This document shows positions 22,244 through 30,793 of a stretch of DNA of 64,000 nucleotides, one piece after another. Below the pieces are notes generated by a model. It made no database searches. It had not been told where the DNA came from and was given only the letters and a program-made list of their open reading frames with translations. The DNA is from Alphaproteobacteria bacterium (lineage in GTDB: Bacteria > Pseudomonadota > Alphaproteobacteria > UBA8317). The stretch spans positions 32,001 to 96,000 of the forward strand of contig JAYPQH010000030.1 of the NCBI GenBank assembly GCA_038131935.1. The letters run 5' to 3'. Position 1 is the first letter of the stretch, and each line of letters opens with the position of its first letter. Both the position numbers and the translations under genes were made by a program.

Positions 22244-22969
22244 TCACAGGGCGAGATATTCCTTTTGGACTTCGGGTTGCCGTTGCAGATCATGGCTTGT
22301 ACCTGTCCATTCGACAAGGCCATTACGTAAAATGATATGTCGATCACAAATACGTAACATTGCCTTGGGGTTTTGATCGATGAGTAAAATGGCTTGGCCA
22401 GAGTCTCTAAGCTGATGTTGAAGTACATACCAGACTTCTGCCCGCATGAGCGGTGCCAATCCCTCAGTGGCCTCATCAAGCAGCATGACCAAAGGATTTG
22501 TCATCAACGCTCGGCCAATTGCAAGCATTTGTTGCTCACCCCCAGATAAAGTGCCTGCAAGTTGATACCGTCTTTCTTTCAACCGTGGAAACAGATCCAT
22601 CACACGATCACAGGTCCAAGGTTGCGCCACATGACGGCGGTTGGCGGCAACGCAGTATAGGTTTTCTTCCACATTAAGGGTTGGAAAAACTTGCCGCCCT
22701 TCAGGAACATAGCCCAACCCATATTGTGCCACATGATGACTAGGCTCGCGCGGATGGGTTTTGTGCCCCATGATGATACGCTCCCCCGCCATTAAGGGGA
22801 GAATACCCATGATCGTCTTCATAAGCGTGCTCTTGCCCATACCATTGCGACCAAGAAGGCCAACGATTTCTCCAGGATAAATCGTCAGGTCTATATCAAA
22901 CAACACCTGAAGATTGCCGTAACCAGCTTGAATACCGCGTAGCTCAAGAAGAGGCGTGGGGTGGATCAT
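22244..22969 (-). CDS. Liv-type ABC transporter ATP-binding protein (LivF-like)
   Basis: GRNGMGKS, LSGGEQQMLAIGRAL and LLDE. Confidence 0.95.
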   Translation of the reverse strand: MIHPTPLLELRGIQAGYGNLQVLFDIDLTIYPGEIVGLLGRNGMGKSTLMKTIMGILPLMAGERIIMGHKTHPREPSHHVAQYGLGYVPEGRQVFPTLNVEENLYCVAANRRHVAQPWTCDRVMDLFPRLKERRYQLAGTLSGGEQQMLAIGRALMTNPLVMLLDEATEGLAPLMRAEVWYVLQHQLRDSGQAILLIDQNPKAMLRICDRHIILRNGLVEWTGTSHDLQRQPEVQKEYLAL

Positions 22970-23706
22970 AGATCATCTCCCAAATAGGCTGCTTGAACCG
23001 CTTCATGGGCGCGAATGTCTTCTGCCGTACCTGTAACCATGACCTTTCCCTGCACCAAAACTGATATTCTATCCGCAAGTTGAAACACCACATCCATATC
23101 ATGCTCTACCAGCAACATGGTCATGTCTCCACGTAATCCCTCCAGAACAGAGGTGATACGTTGCGACTCAGACTTTCCCATCCCGGCCATAGGTTCATCG
23201 AGCATGAGCAATCTTGGTTTGCGTGCGAGGATAACGGCCAATTCCAGCTCTCTCCTCAAGCCATGGGCAAGGTCCCCAGCGGGTTTATGCGCCTGCTCTT
23301 CAAGCCCAAGCTGTTGCAACATTTTCATGGCTTCATCTTGATGGGAGGAAAATGCTGAGGAAAAGAAACGAAAGGAATGGCCTTGTTGAATTTGTAGGCT
23401 TACCTGCACGTTTTGAAGGCATGTCATTTGAGGAAACAATCGAGAGATCTGGTAAGAGCGTGCGAGTCCCAAATGAATGCGCTTAAAGGCGGGCATATGG
23501 GTGATGTCCTGTTGCTGCAAGCTTACCGAACCCCTGTCAGGGGTGATCTCTCCAGATAAAAGCGACAACAATGTTGTTTTCCCGGCCCCATTTGGTCCAA
23601 TCAAACCATGTATCTCGCCAGGATGAACGTCAAAACATACATCATCATTTGCTTGCACACCCTGGAAGCTTTTGCTGAGGTTGTTAACCTTGAGAAGTGG
23701 TTCCAT
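22966..23706 (-). CDS. Liv-type ABC transporter ATP-binding protein (LivG-like)
   Basis: GPNGAGKT, LDEPMAG, VEHDMDVVF and AYLG. Confidence 0.95.
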   Translation of the reverse strand: MEPLLKVNNLSKSFQGVQANDDVCFDVHPGEIHGLIGPNGAGKTTLLSLLSGEITPDRGSVSLQQQDITHMPAFKRIHLGLARSYQISRLFPQMTCLQNVQVSLQIQQGHSFRFFSSAFSSHQDEAMKMLQQLGLEEQAHKPAGDLAHGLRRELELAVILARKPRLLMLDEPMAGMGKSESQRITSVLEGLRGDMTMLLVEHDMDVVFQLADRISVLVQGKVMVTGTAEDIRAHEAVQAAYLGDDL

Positions 23707-23710
23707 GCGC

Positions 23711-24691
23711 TTAATCTTTCGAAGCCAGAAAACGTTGCAAAGCGCCCATGAGACCACCACGTGCAAACAGCACAACCAGAATGAGAATAGGGCCAAGGAT
23801 AAGGGACCAATGTTCAGTTTTTTCTGACAATACCTCTTCTAAGCCGATGAACATAATGGCGCCCGCAAGGCCTCCATAGATACTGCCCAAACCACCTAAG
23901 ATAATCATCACCAACATTTCACCAGAGCGGCTCCAATGCATCAATCCTGGTCCTATAAATTCAAAAAGGTTTGCGGCCAACGCACCAGATAATCCAGCCC
24001 ATGCGCCTGCAAGCGCGAAGGCAAAAAGGCGATAGCGAAACACAGGGACGCCCAAGGTAACCAAACGCTGCTCATCTTGTGCCGCAGCACGAATGATCAC
24101 GCCAAAAGGTGAAGCCAAAAGTTTTTTCAAAAAAATGATTTCAACAATGAGAAGGGCCAAACAAAGATAGAAAAAATGTTGATCATCATAAAGATCAATG
24201 AAGGGAAGGGTACTTCTTTGCCAAACACTCAACCCATCCTCCCCGCCATAGGTGGGAAGAGAAATCATGAAATGATACAGCATTTGGGCGAAAGCCAGGG
24301 TGATCATGATAAAAAATACACCCCTTGTGCGAAGGCTAAGAAGGCCCACCAAGGCGGCAAAAAGCCCTGAAACGATCATCGCCAAGGGGAATTGGATCAA
24401 TCCCTCAATGCTGCCCTGCCAAGAAAAAGGTAAAAAAGCGACATCAGTCATCTCATTATGATGCTTGGCAAGAATACCCACAGTGTAACCACCTAAACCG
24501 AAAAAGGCAGCGTGACCAAAACTTACCAAACCCGAAAATCCCACCAAAAGTCCAAGAGATATGACAGCCATTGCCATGATGATCATGCGGGTCGCCATGG
24601 TGACAAAAAAGGGGTCATCGATGACATGGGCCCAAACTGGCACCAGCATGGCTAACAACAGGGCAGCAAGACTTGTCAAAGCGATCTTCAT
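23711..24691 (-). CDS. Liv-type ABC permease (LivM-like)
   Basis: GLVSFGHAAFFG, FIMITLAFAQM and MIILGGLG. Confidence 0.94.
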   Translation of the reverse strand: MKIALTSLAALLLAMLVPVWAHVIDDPFFVTMATRMIIMAMAVISLGLLVGFSGLVSFGHAAFFGLGGYTVGILAKHHNEMTDVAFLPFSWQGSIEGLIQFPLAMIVSGLFAALVGLLSLRTRGVFFIMITLAFAQMLYHFMISLPTYGGEDGLSVWQRSTLPFIDLYDDQHFFYLCLALLIVEIIFLKKLLASPFGVIIRAAAQDEQRLVTLGVPVFRYRLFAFALAGAWAGLSGALAANLFEFIGPGLMHWSRSGEMLVMIILGGLGSIYGGLAGAIMFIGLEEVLSEKTEHWSLILGPILILVVLFARGGLMGALQRFLASKD

Positions 24692-25614
24692 CTTTTGCCC
24701 TTTACCATAAACAGTCCCTCAGGGCGTATCATCAACACCACCGCCATCAGTAAGTAAATGGCGATATCGGACAAAGATCCTCCGATGCCAGCCGCGGTAG
24801 CTGGGGGCAATATCGTCATCAGGAGGCTTGGCAGGATTGCGCGGCCAAAAGTATCCACCAAACCCACCAACAAAGCGCCTGCAAACGCACCACGAACTGA
24901 ACCTAACCCTCCAATGATGATCACCACAAAGGTTAAGATAAGGATATTTTCACCCATACCAACTTGAACGGCCAGAAGGGGGGCGGCCATCGCACCTGCC
25001 AGTCCTGCCAGCATGGCTCCAAGTCCAAATACGAGCGTAAAGACACGCGCGATATCAACACCCATAGCGGCCACCATCTCACGATGGGTCGCACCCGCCC
25101 TTATCAACATTCCCAGCTTTGTATGCAAAATAAGGTGGCGTAGAAACAGTACAACCAACAAGCCCACCAAAATGATACTGATCCGGTAAAGTGGGTAGGT
25201 CATGTCAGGGCCAATGGGGACGGCGTGGTTTAAATAATCAGGTGGTGCCATGAATAAGGCTTGTGGCCCAAAGATGATTTTTGTGCCTTCGTTGGCTATA
25301 AGAATAATTCCAAAGGTTGCAAGCACTTGGTCGAGATGATCGCGGTCGTACAACCGCCTGAGAATCCCAAATTCAAGAATAAGTCCCATGATACCAGCGG
25401 CGAGCATACCCGCGCCAACAGATACCAAAAAAAGCTCCGTGCTTGCCATGACCGTGGCGGCTACATAAGCCCCTATCATATAGGTCGCACCATGGGCCAA
25501 ATTGATAATGCCCATGATCCCAAACGTCAGGGTTAGGCCTGATGCCAACAAAAAGAGCATCATTCCTTGCTGTAGTCCATTTAATGCTTGTTCAAAGAGT
25601 AATGCGATGCTCAT
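24688..25614 (-). CDS. Liv-type ABC permease (LivH-like)
   Basis: GLTLTFGIMGIINLAHG, GMLIRAG and VIIIGGLGS. Confidence 0.94.
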   Translation of the reverse strand: MSIALLFEQALNGLQQGMMLFLLASGLTLTFGIMGIINLAHGATYMIGAYVAATVMASTELFLVSVGAGMLAAGIMGLILEFGILRRLYDRDHLDQVLATFGIILIANEGTKIIFGPQALFMAPPDYLNHAVPIGPDMTYPLYRISIILVGLLVVLFLRHLILHTKLGMLIRAGATHREMVAAMGVDIARVFTLVFGLGAMLAGLAGAMAAPLLAVQVGMGENILILTFVVIIIGGLGSVRGAFAGALLVGLVDTFGRAILPSLLMTILPPATAAGIGGSLSDIAIYLLMAVVLMIRPEGLFMVKGKR

Positions 25615-25622
25615 TATGAATT

Positions 25623-25644
25623 ACCCGGCGGGATCCCGCCGGGT
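25623..25644. repeat. Perfect 22-bp GC-rich palindrome between the SBP and permease genes
   Basis: ACCCGGCGGGATCCCGCCGGGT is its own reverse complement. Confidence 0.85.
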
Positions 25645-25664
25645 CTTTTATGAAAAGTGGAACA

Positions 25665-26828
25665 TTATTGGCCAAGTTTACAATCAGCCACGAAGGCATT
25701 GGCGTGATCTGTGAAAACCTTTGCAATGGTTTTGTTGGTCACCCCTTCACCATCTTCAACGACTTGCCGGACATAAATATCCTGAATAGGAAATTGGTTG
25801 GACGCGAAGGCAAACTTACCACGTACGGAGTCAAATTTTGCATTCTTCAACGCAGCGCGAAAGGCATCCTTATCCGAAATATCACCACCTACAGCTTTGA
25901 GCGCTGCATCAATGACCAAAGCAGCTTCATAACCCTGGCTTACATATAAAGATGGGCGTTTGCCAAACGCATCCATGTAAGAAGCAACAAAGGCCCGGTT
26001 CGCATCGTTATCCAAATCATGGGTGTATTGTGATGTGTTGTAAACGCCCAAAGCCGCTTTGCCGACAGCTTTGAGGATACCCTCGTCGAAGCTAAAAGCT
26101 GGCCCATAAAGATCTATATCCTTCTTCAGACCTGCTTGATCATATTGTTTCACAAAATTGATGCCCATTCCTCCTGGTAAGAAAAAATAGACAGCGTCAG
26201 GGTTGGCGGCACGAAGGTTGGCCAATTCGGCGGCATAATCCGTTTGACCAAGTTTTGTGTAGATTTCACCGACGATTTCGCCTTTGTAAAAGCGCTTAAA
26301 TCCTGCCAAGGCATCTTTACCGCCTGGATAATTAGGCGCCAAAATATAGGCCCTTTTGACATTCTGGGATGTTAAATATTGTCCGCCTGCCTCATGCAGG
26401 TTGTCATTTTGCCAGGCCACATTGAAAAAGTTTTTATCGCAGCGGGCACCTGCAAAAGCTGAAGGGCCAGAATTGGGGCTGATATAGATCACATCTTCTC
26501 GTGTAACCCCTGGTACGACCGCCATGGTGATATTGGACCAAATAATACCTGTGAGAATGTCAACGTTGTCTTTTTTGATCATGCGCGTTGCAGCTTGTTT
26601 GGCATTCTCCACTTTGCGTGCGTCATCAACCACGCTCAATGAAATAGGTACCCCACCAAGTTTTCCACCACGTTCCTTTATGGCCAATTCAAAGCCATCG
26701 CGTATATCTACACCAAGGCTTGCGCCGCCACCTGATAAAGTGGTGATCATGCCGATTTTGATGTCGGCCTGGGCAGCACCAGCAGCCAACATCGCTGCAC
26801 AGGTTGCAGCCATCATGAACTGTTTCAT
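25665..26828 (-). CDS. Liv-family substrate-binding protein, aromatic-acid-binding-like subgroup
   Basis: Signal peptide ending AAQA; KIGMITTLSG, DIRDGFELA, WQND, APNYPGGKDA and FLPGGMGINFVKQY. Confidence 0.92.
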   Translation of the reverse strand: MKQFMMAATCAAMLAAGAAQADIKIGMITTLSGGGASLGVDIRDGFELAIKERGGKLGGVPISLSVVDDARKVENAKQAATRMIKKDNVDILTGIIWSNITMAVVPGVTREDVIYISPNSGPSAFAGARCDKNFFNVAWQNDNLHEAGGQYLTSQNVKRAYILAPNYPGGKDALAGFKRFYKGEIVGEIYTKLGQTDYAAELANLRAANPDAVYFFLPGGMGINFVKQYDQAGLKKDIDLYGPAFSFDEGILKAVGKAALGVYNTSQYTHDLDNDANRAFVASYMDAFGKRPSLYVSQGYEAALVIDAALKAVGGDISDKDAFRAALKNAKFDSVRGKFAFASNQFPIQDIYVRQVVEDGEGVTNKTIAKVFTDHANAFVADCKLGQ

Positions 26829-26946
26829 TTTGTCTCTCTCCTGCCGGATTTCTACCCGACCTCCCAAATTTGTTGTAATAGAGGATTTCTAGACCCCCCT
26901 ATTGTTTGTAAGACAGAATGTTGGTTCATGCAAAGGAACAAGCAAG

Positions 26947-27672
26947 ATGCGTTGGCTCATAATATATTTTTCGTTTTTGATATCTTCCGCACATGCTGAT
27001 GATGCGATGCAACCTATTAAAGGCTTCGCCATAGACGTAAAAGAGGTCAGTATTGGATCATTTGCTGAATTTGTGGCGCAAACAGGTTACAAAACCGCAG
27101 CAGAGAGGAGCGGAGGAGGTATGGTTTATGCCTCGGGATGGGAGTTTATGCCGGGATGGACATGGAAAACGCCGTTTGGGGTCCCTGCTGATCCCAATGA
27201 GCCAGCTGTGCACGTCAATTTTGAAGATGCAACAGCTTATTGCCAATGGGCAGGCAAGCGCCTTCCTACCGAGCAGGAGTGGCGTTTGGCTGCCTACACT
27301 GAGACCCGCGAAGAACCAGATAATGGTTTTGTCAAAGGTCGAACATATCCCTACCCCACAGGGGATTCGCCAAAAGGCGCCAACTGCTTAGGGGATTGTG
27401 GTCCAACACCAGCTATTGACCATAGCGACAAACTTGAACGTGGAATCGGACATGCCCCTGTGGGGCAAACTGTTTCTGGTGTGAATGGCCTCTATGATAT
27501 GGGGGCAAATGTTTGGGAATGGGCTGAGGACTCCTCGCGATCATCTTCAAAAGCAACAATGGGAGGATCATGGTGGTATGGCGCTTATCGTATGCATCGT
27601 GATGATGGTGCGCGTAAGCCATTGGGAACCGCGGTGGTTTATATAGGATTTCGTTGCGCCAAAACATTGTGA
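26947..27672 (+). CDS. Exported FGE/SUMF1-domain protein
   Basis: Signal peptide ending AHA; PAVHV, YCQWAGKRLPTEQEW, NGLYDMGANVWEW, GGSW and GFRC. Confidence 0.88.
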   Translation: MRWLIIYFSFLISSAHADDAMQPIKGFAIDVKEVSIGSFAEFVAQTGYKTAAERSGGGMVYASGWEFMPGWTWKTPFGVPADPNEPAVHVNFEDATAYCQWAGKRLPTEQEWRLAAYTETREEPDNGFVKGRTYPYPTGDSPKGANCLGDCGPTPAIDHSDKLERGIGHAPVGQTVSGVNGLYDMGANVWEWAEDSSRSSSKATMGGSWWYGAYRMHRDDGARKPLGTAVVYIGFRCAKTL

Positions 27673-27832
27673 TTGCTTCATTGACTAGCGATGGCCAATT
27701 TTGAGGCAGCCTTCTTTGCCCAAAACATGTTCATCATCTTAAGTGACAACCATCTTGAGGGGCTTGTGCCAAGCATATTTGTCTGTTCAGGTTGTGTTGA
27801 ATGTTTAATGAAGTCGATAGGGGACCTAATCC

Positions 27833-28627
27833 ATGACAGAAATTGTGCAAACCCGTATCCATGATCAAGTTTGCGTCATCACCTTAAATCAAGCTGAAAC
27901 ACGTAATGCGTTAAATATGGCCATGGCAGAAGGGTTGCTGCAGGCGTTGCAGGATGTTCGTTATGCACAGGATGTACGTGCGGTGGTGATCACGGGTGGC
28001 CCGCAATTCATGGCAGGGGGCGATATCCGCTATTTTGCAGATAACATCAACAGTCCAGCTTCAAAATGGCGTGGTAAACTTAATGAGTTGATTGATCTCG
28101 CACATGGTTGTGTGATGGCCATACGGACCATGGATAAGCCCGTGGTCGCCAGTGTTGATGGTGCCGCTGCCGGGTTTGGCTTGAGCTTGATGATGGCATG
28201 TGATTTTGCAGTGGTTACGCAGAGGGCCCTGTTTACACTCGCTTATATTCATATTGGTACGAGCCCAGATGGTGGTTCTACCTTTTCCCTGCCAAGGCAT
28301 GTAGGCGCTAAGCGTGCTGCAGAAATCGCCATGTTAGGCGATCGTTTTGGAGCAGAAGAGGCATTAACTTGGGGGCTGGTAAATAAAGTTGTTCCTGTGG
28401 ATCAATTGGAGGAGGCCAGTTGGTCCTTAGCATCTCGTCTGGCGAATATGCCCACCAAGGCCTTAGGTCGGACGAAGGCTTTGCTTCGCCAATCTTTGTA
28501 TTCTTCACTAGAGGAACAATTGCATGCGGAGGCGGAGCAATTTGGTTGTTCCGCTGTAGAAAATGATTTTAGAGAGGGCATTAGCGCTTTTCTAGAAAAA
28601 CGAAAGCCACAATTTACCGGTCAATGA
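27833..28627 (+). CDS. Enoyl-CoA hydratase/isomerase (PaaG-like)
   Basis: FMAGGDI, DGAAAGFG, IGTSPDGG and FREGISAFLEKRKPQF. Confidence 0.92.
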   Translation: MTEIVQTRIHDQVCVITLNQAETRNALNMAMAEGLLQALQDVRYAQDVRAVVITGGPQFMAGGDIRYFADNINSPASKWRGKLNELIDLAHGCVMAIRTMDKPVVASVDGAAAGFGLSLMMACDFAVVTQRALFTLAYIHIGTSPDGGSTFSLPRHVGAKRAAEIAMLGDRFGAEEALTWGLVNKVVPVDQLEEASWSLASRLANMPTKALGRTKALLRQSLYSSLEEQLHAEAEQFGCSAVENDFREGISAFLEKRKPQFTGQ

Positions 28628-28658
28628 GGATAAAAGCATAGACTTTGTGAATAGAAAA

Positions 28659-28685
28659 ACAGGCCCTGACTAGGGCCTGTCTTTC
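28659..28685. terminator. Probable bidirectional intrinsic terminator
   Basis: ACAGGCCCT-gact-AGGGCCTGT, flanked by an A-run on the left and CTTT on the right, between convergent genes. Confidence 0.75.
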
Positions 28686-28706
28686 ATCGATACGTTCATT
28701 TTAAGT

Positions 28707-29970
28707 TCAAGAGAACATATCGCTGGTAATGCCAGCATACCAGCCTTCTGCTTCCATAAAGGTCTGTTCCCGGATCAAATCTTCCTCTCCAGTTGAGGAA
28801 ATGAACCCAGTAACCTTGACCACTTTTTCACCTTCAGCTTTGTAGTTCGCACCAACTTTCACAGAATCATTGTCTGCAACCAGTGACCAACAGGTGTTCC
28901 GGAAGCGCGGATCAAATGTACGTGATCCTGTTAACTCAGCGCGGATAGCCAAAGCCACAACCTTTGCTTGGCTGTTTGCTGAGAAGCCAGATTTTGGCAT
29001 GGCGCCATTGATACAAGCGTCGCCAAGAACATGAATGCCAGGAACCAATGCGGATTCAAAAGTGCTTGCACTCTTGATTGGGCACCATCCAGATGCATCT
29101 GCAATACCAGCGGCATGTGCAATCTTTCCTGCCTTTTGTGCTGGAATTGGATTCAAAACAGAACCCTTGAAGCTGCCTTTGTCGGTGATGATCTCACCTG
29201 CGCGTACCGCTTGCATGGACCCCACTTCTGAACCAGGCATCCATTCTACCATCCCGTCATAATGCTTTGCCCATGCTTCACGGAACAATGCCATCTTAGA
29301 ATGTTTCTCTTTTGGGTCTAAAATCACCACTTTTGATTTTGGTTTGTTGTTTTTAAGGTAATTTGCGACCATTGATGCGCTCGTAAGGTCCAGGAGGGCA
29401 ACGATATGGGTTGGGCGGCGCCATCATGAGGAACACGCCGCCATCATCCATGGCTTCGAGCTGTTTTTTGAGCATTACCGTTTGGGCTCCAGCCTTGTAA
29501 GCATGTGGGATGGAGTTGTCAGCAACAGCTGCATCATACCCGTCATAAAGATCATACCGGAAATCTATACCTGGGGCGATCACGAGGCGGTCGTAACTGA
29601 TCTTTGTTCCATCCGCGAGAATGACCTCTTTTCCATCGGCATTGACACCAGTTGCCATGGCATTAACCACTTTCACACCATGATTGTTGGCAAGCCCGTC
29701 ATATGAATGCGTGATATCGTTCATGTTACGGTAGCCACCAAGGTACCAATTTGAAAAGAAACAAGTGGTGTATGTTTTGTTGGCCTCAATAAGAACAACT
29801 TCCACAGCCCCCTTGCTATCTTTGGCAACATAGCGTGCCACTGTGGCACCAGCAGCGCCACCACCAATAACAACAAGCCTTTTGGCTGATGCTTTGGCGA
29901 TTTTGGGTGCTGACAGAATCGCTGCCGTAGCTACCCCAGCTCCCAAAACAGAGCGTCTTGTAATTGACAT
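28707..29970 (-). CDS. fccB: Flavocytochrome c sulfide dehydrogenase flavoprotein subunit (FccB/SoxF); 2-nt deletion near 29378
   Basis: Tat signal ITRRSVL; GGGAAG, YTTCFFSN, PYRCPPGPYER, MPKSGFSANSQAK and NTCWS. Confidence 0.9.
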
Positions 29971-30020
29971 AAAGCCTTCCTCCTCTTGATCATGCTTTTT
30001 TGTATTCATGTGGTGGTAAT

Positions 30021-30332
30021 TTATTTTTGTTCTTGTGAAGCAAAATAAGCTGCAAGTGCTTCTACATCTTCCTCACTCAACGACGTAGCCACCAAATTCA
30101 TGGTTTGGTTTTCTCGGAAGCCGTCGCGATAATCATTCATCGCTTCAACGAAATACTCTGCATCTAGGCCATGGATAATGGGCACATTGCCAACAATTTC
30201 GTGAGATTGATGGCATCCCATACATTCTTGGGCCAGATATTCACCCAATTCTATATCACCAGACAAAGCCGTTGTTTGCATCATCAAAAATCCCATGATG
30301 AAACCGCTCAGCTTCCAAAAGAAAACATTCAT
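30021..30332 (-). CDS. Monoheme class I cytochrome c, probable FccA partner
   Basis: Signal peptide, a single CMGCH motif and a distal Met in NQTM; immediately upstream of fccB. Confidence 0.88.
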   Translation of the reverse strand: MNVFFWKLSGFIMGFLMMQTTALSGDIELGEYLAQECMGCHQSHEIVGNVPIIHGLDAEYFVEAMNDYRDGFRENQTMNLVATSLSEEDVEALAAYFASQEQK

Positions 30333-30561
30333 GAACACACCCCCGTAATGTTTTGGCATTTTTTTTATTTTTACCAAAACATTATGTAGAATATAGAAAA
30401 CATGAAATGAGGCAAGAACGAAAACGTCACACAGGGTGCAAAAAAGACAAATTTCGCGCGAAATGAGCGCTTTTGAGTATTTTTGTTTCACGTAGAATAA
30501 GTTTTTCGATAAAAAAAATGCGCGACGGGTTGTCACATCTATTTGTTGGATTATCTCCCCC

Positions 30562-30679
30562 ATTGAGTCCAGTTATCTGGCTCACACCTCTTGTGTTCAT
30601 GTTCACAAGGTTCTCTTGCGAACATGTCCATGCTCTAACTTTCCTTCCGGTCCATTATGGGTCCCGGAAGGTTTTTTTT
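30562..30679 (+). ncRNA. Candidate small RNA with three hairpins and an intrinsic terminator
   Basis: Stems at 30564-30584, 30584-30596 and 30598-30626, then CCTTCCGG...CCGGAAGG followed by T8, inside a divergent intergenic gap with no upstream plus-strand gene. Confidence 0.55.
30643..30679 (+). terminator. Rho-independent terminator
   Basis: 8-bp GC-rich stem CCTTCCGG/CCGGAAGG followed by eight T. Confidence 0.85.
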
Positions 30680-30793
30680 CCCTTCCTTATCTGCACTTTT
30701 GTCATCTTTTTGTTCTTTACTGATTGCAAGCATGAAAAAGCATGTTTAGAGGTGGCGCTGTTGGGGTTGAAAAAGGGGTAAAGGACAATCGAT

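Noticed and set aside
26947-27672. Diversity-generating retroelement target (FGE/CLec fold)
   Set aside because: No reverse transcriptase and no template-repeat copy of the 3' end were seen in the window.
30473-30781. 102-aa hydrophobic ORF in the intergenic gap
   Set aside because: It has a TTG start without a clear RBS, is Phe-rich because of T-tracts, and runs through a strong terminator; the region is better explained as non-coding RNA.
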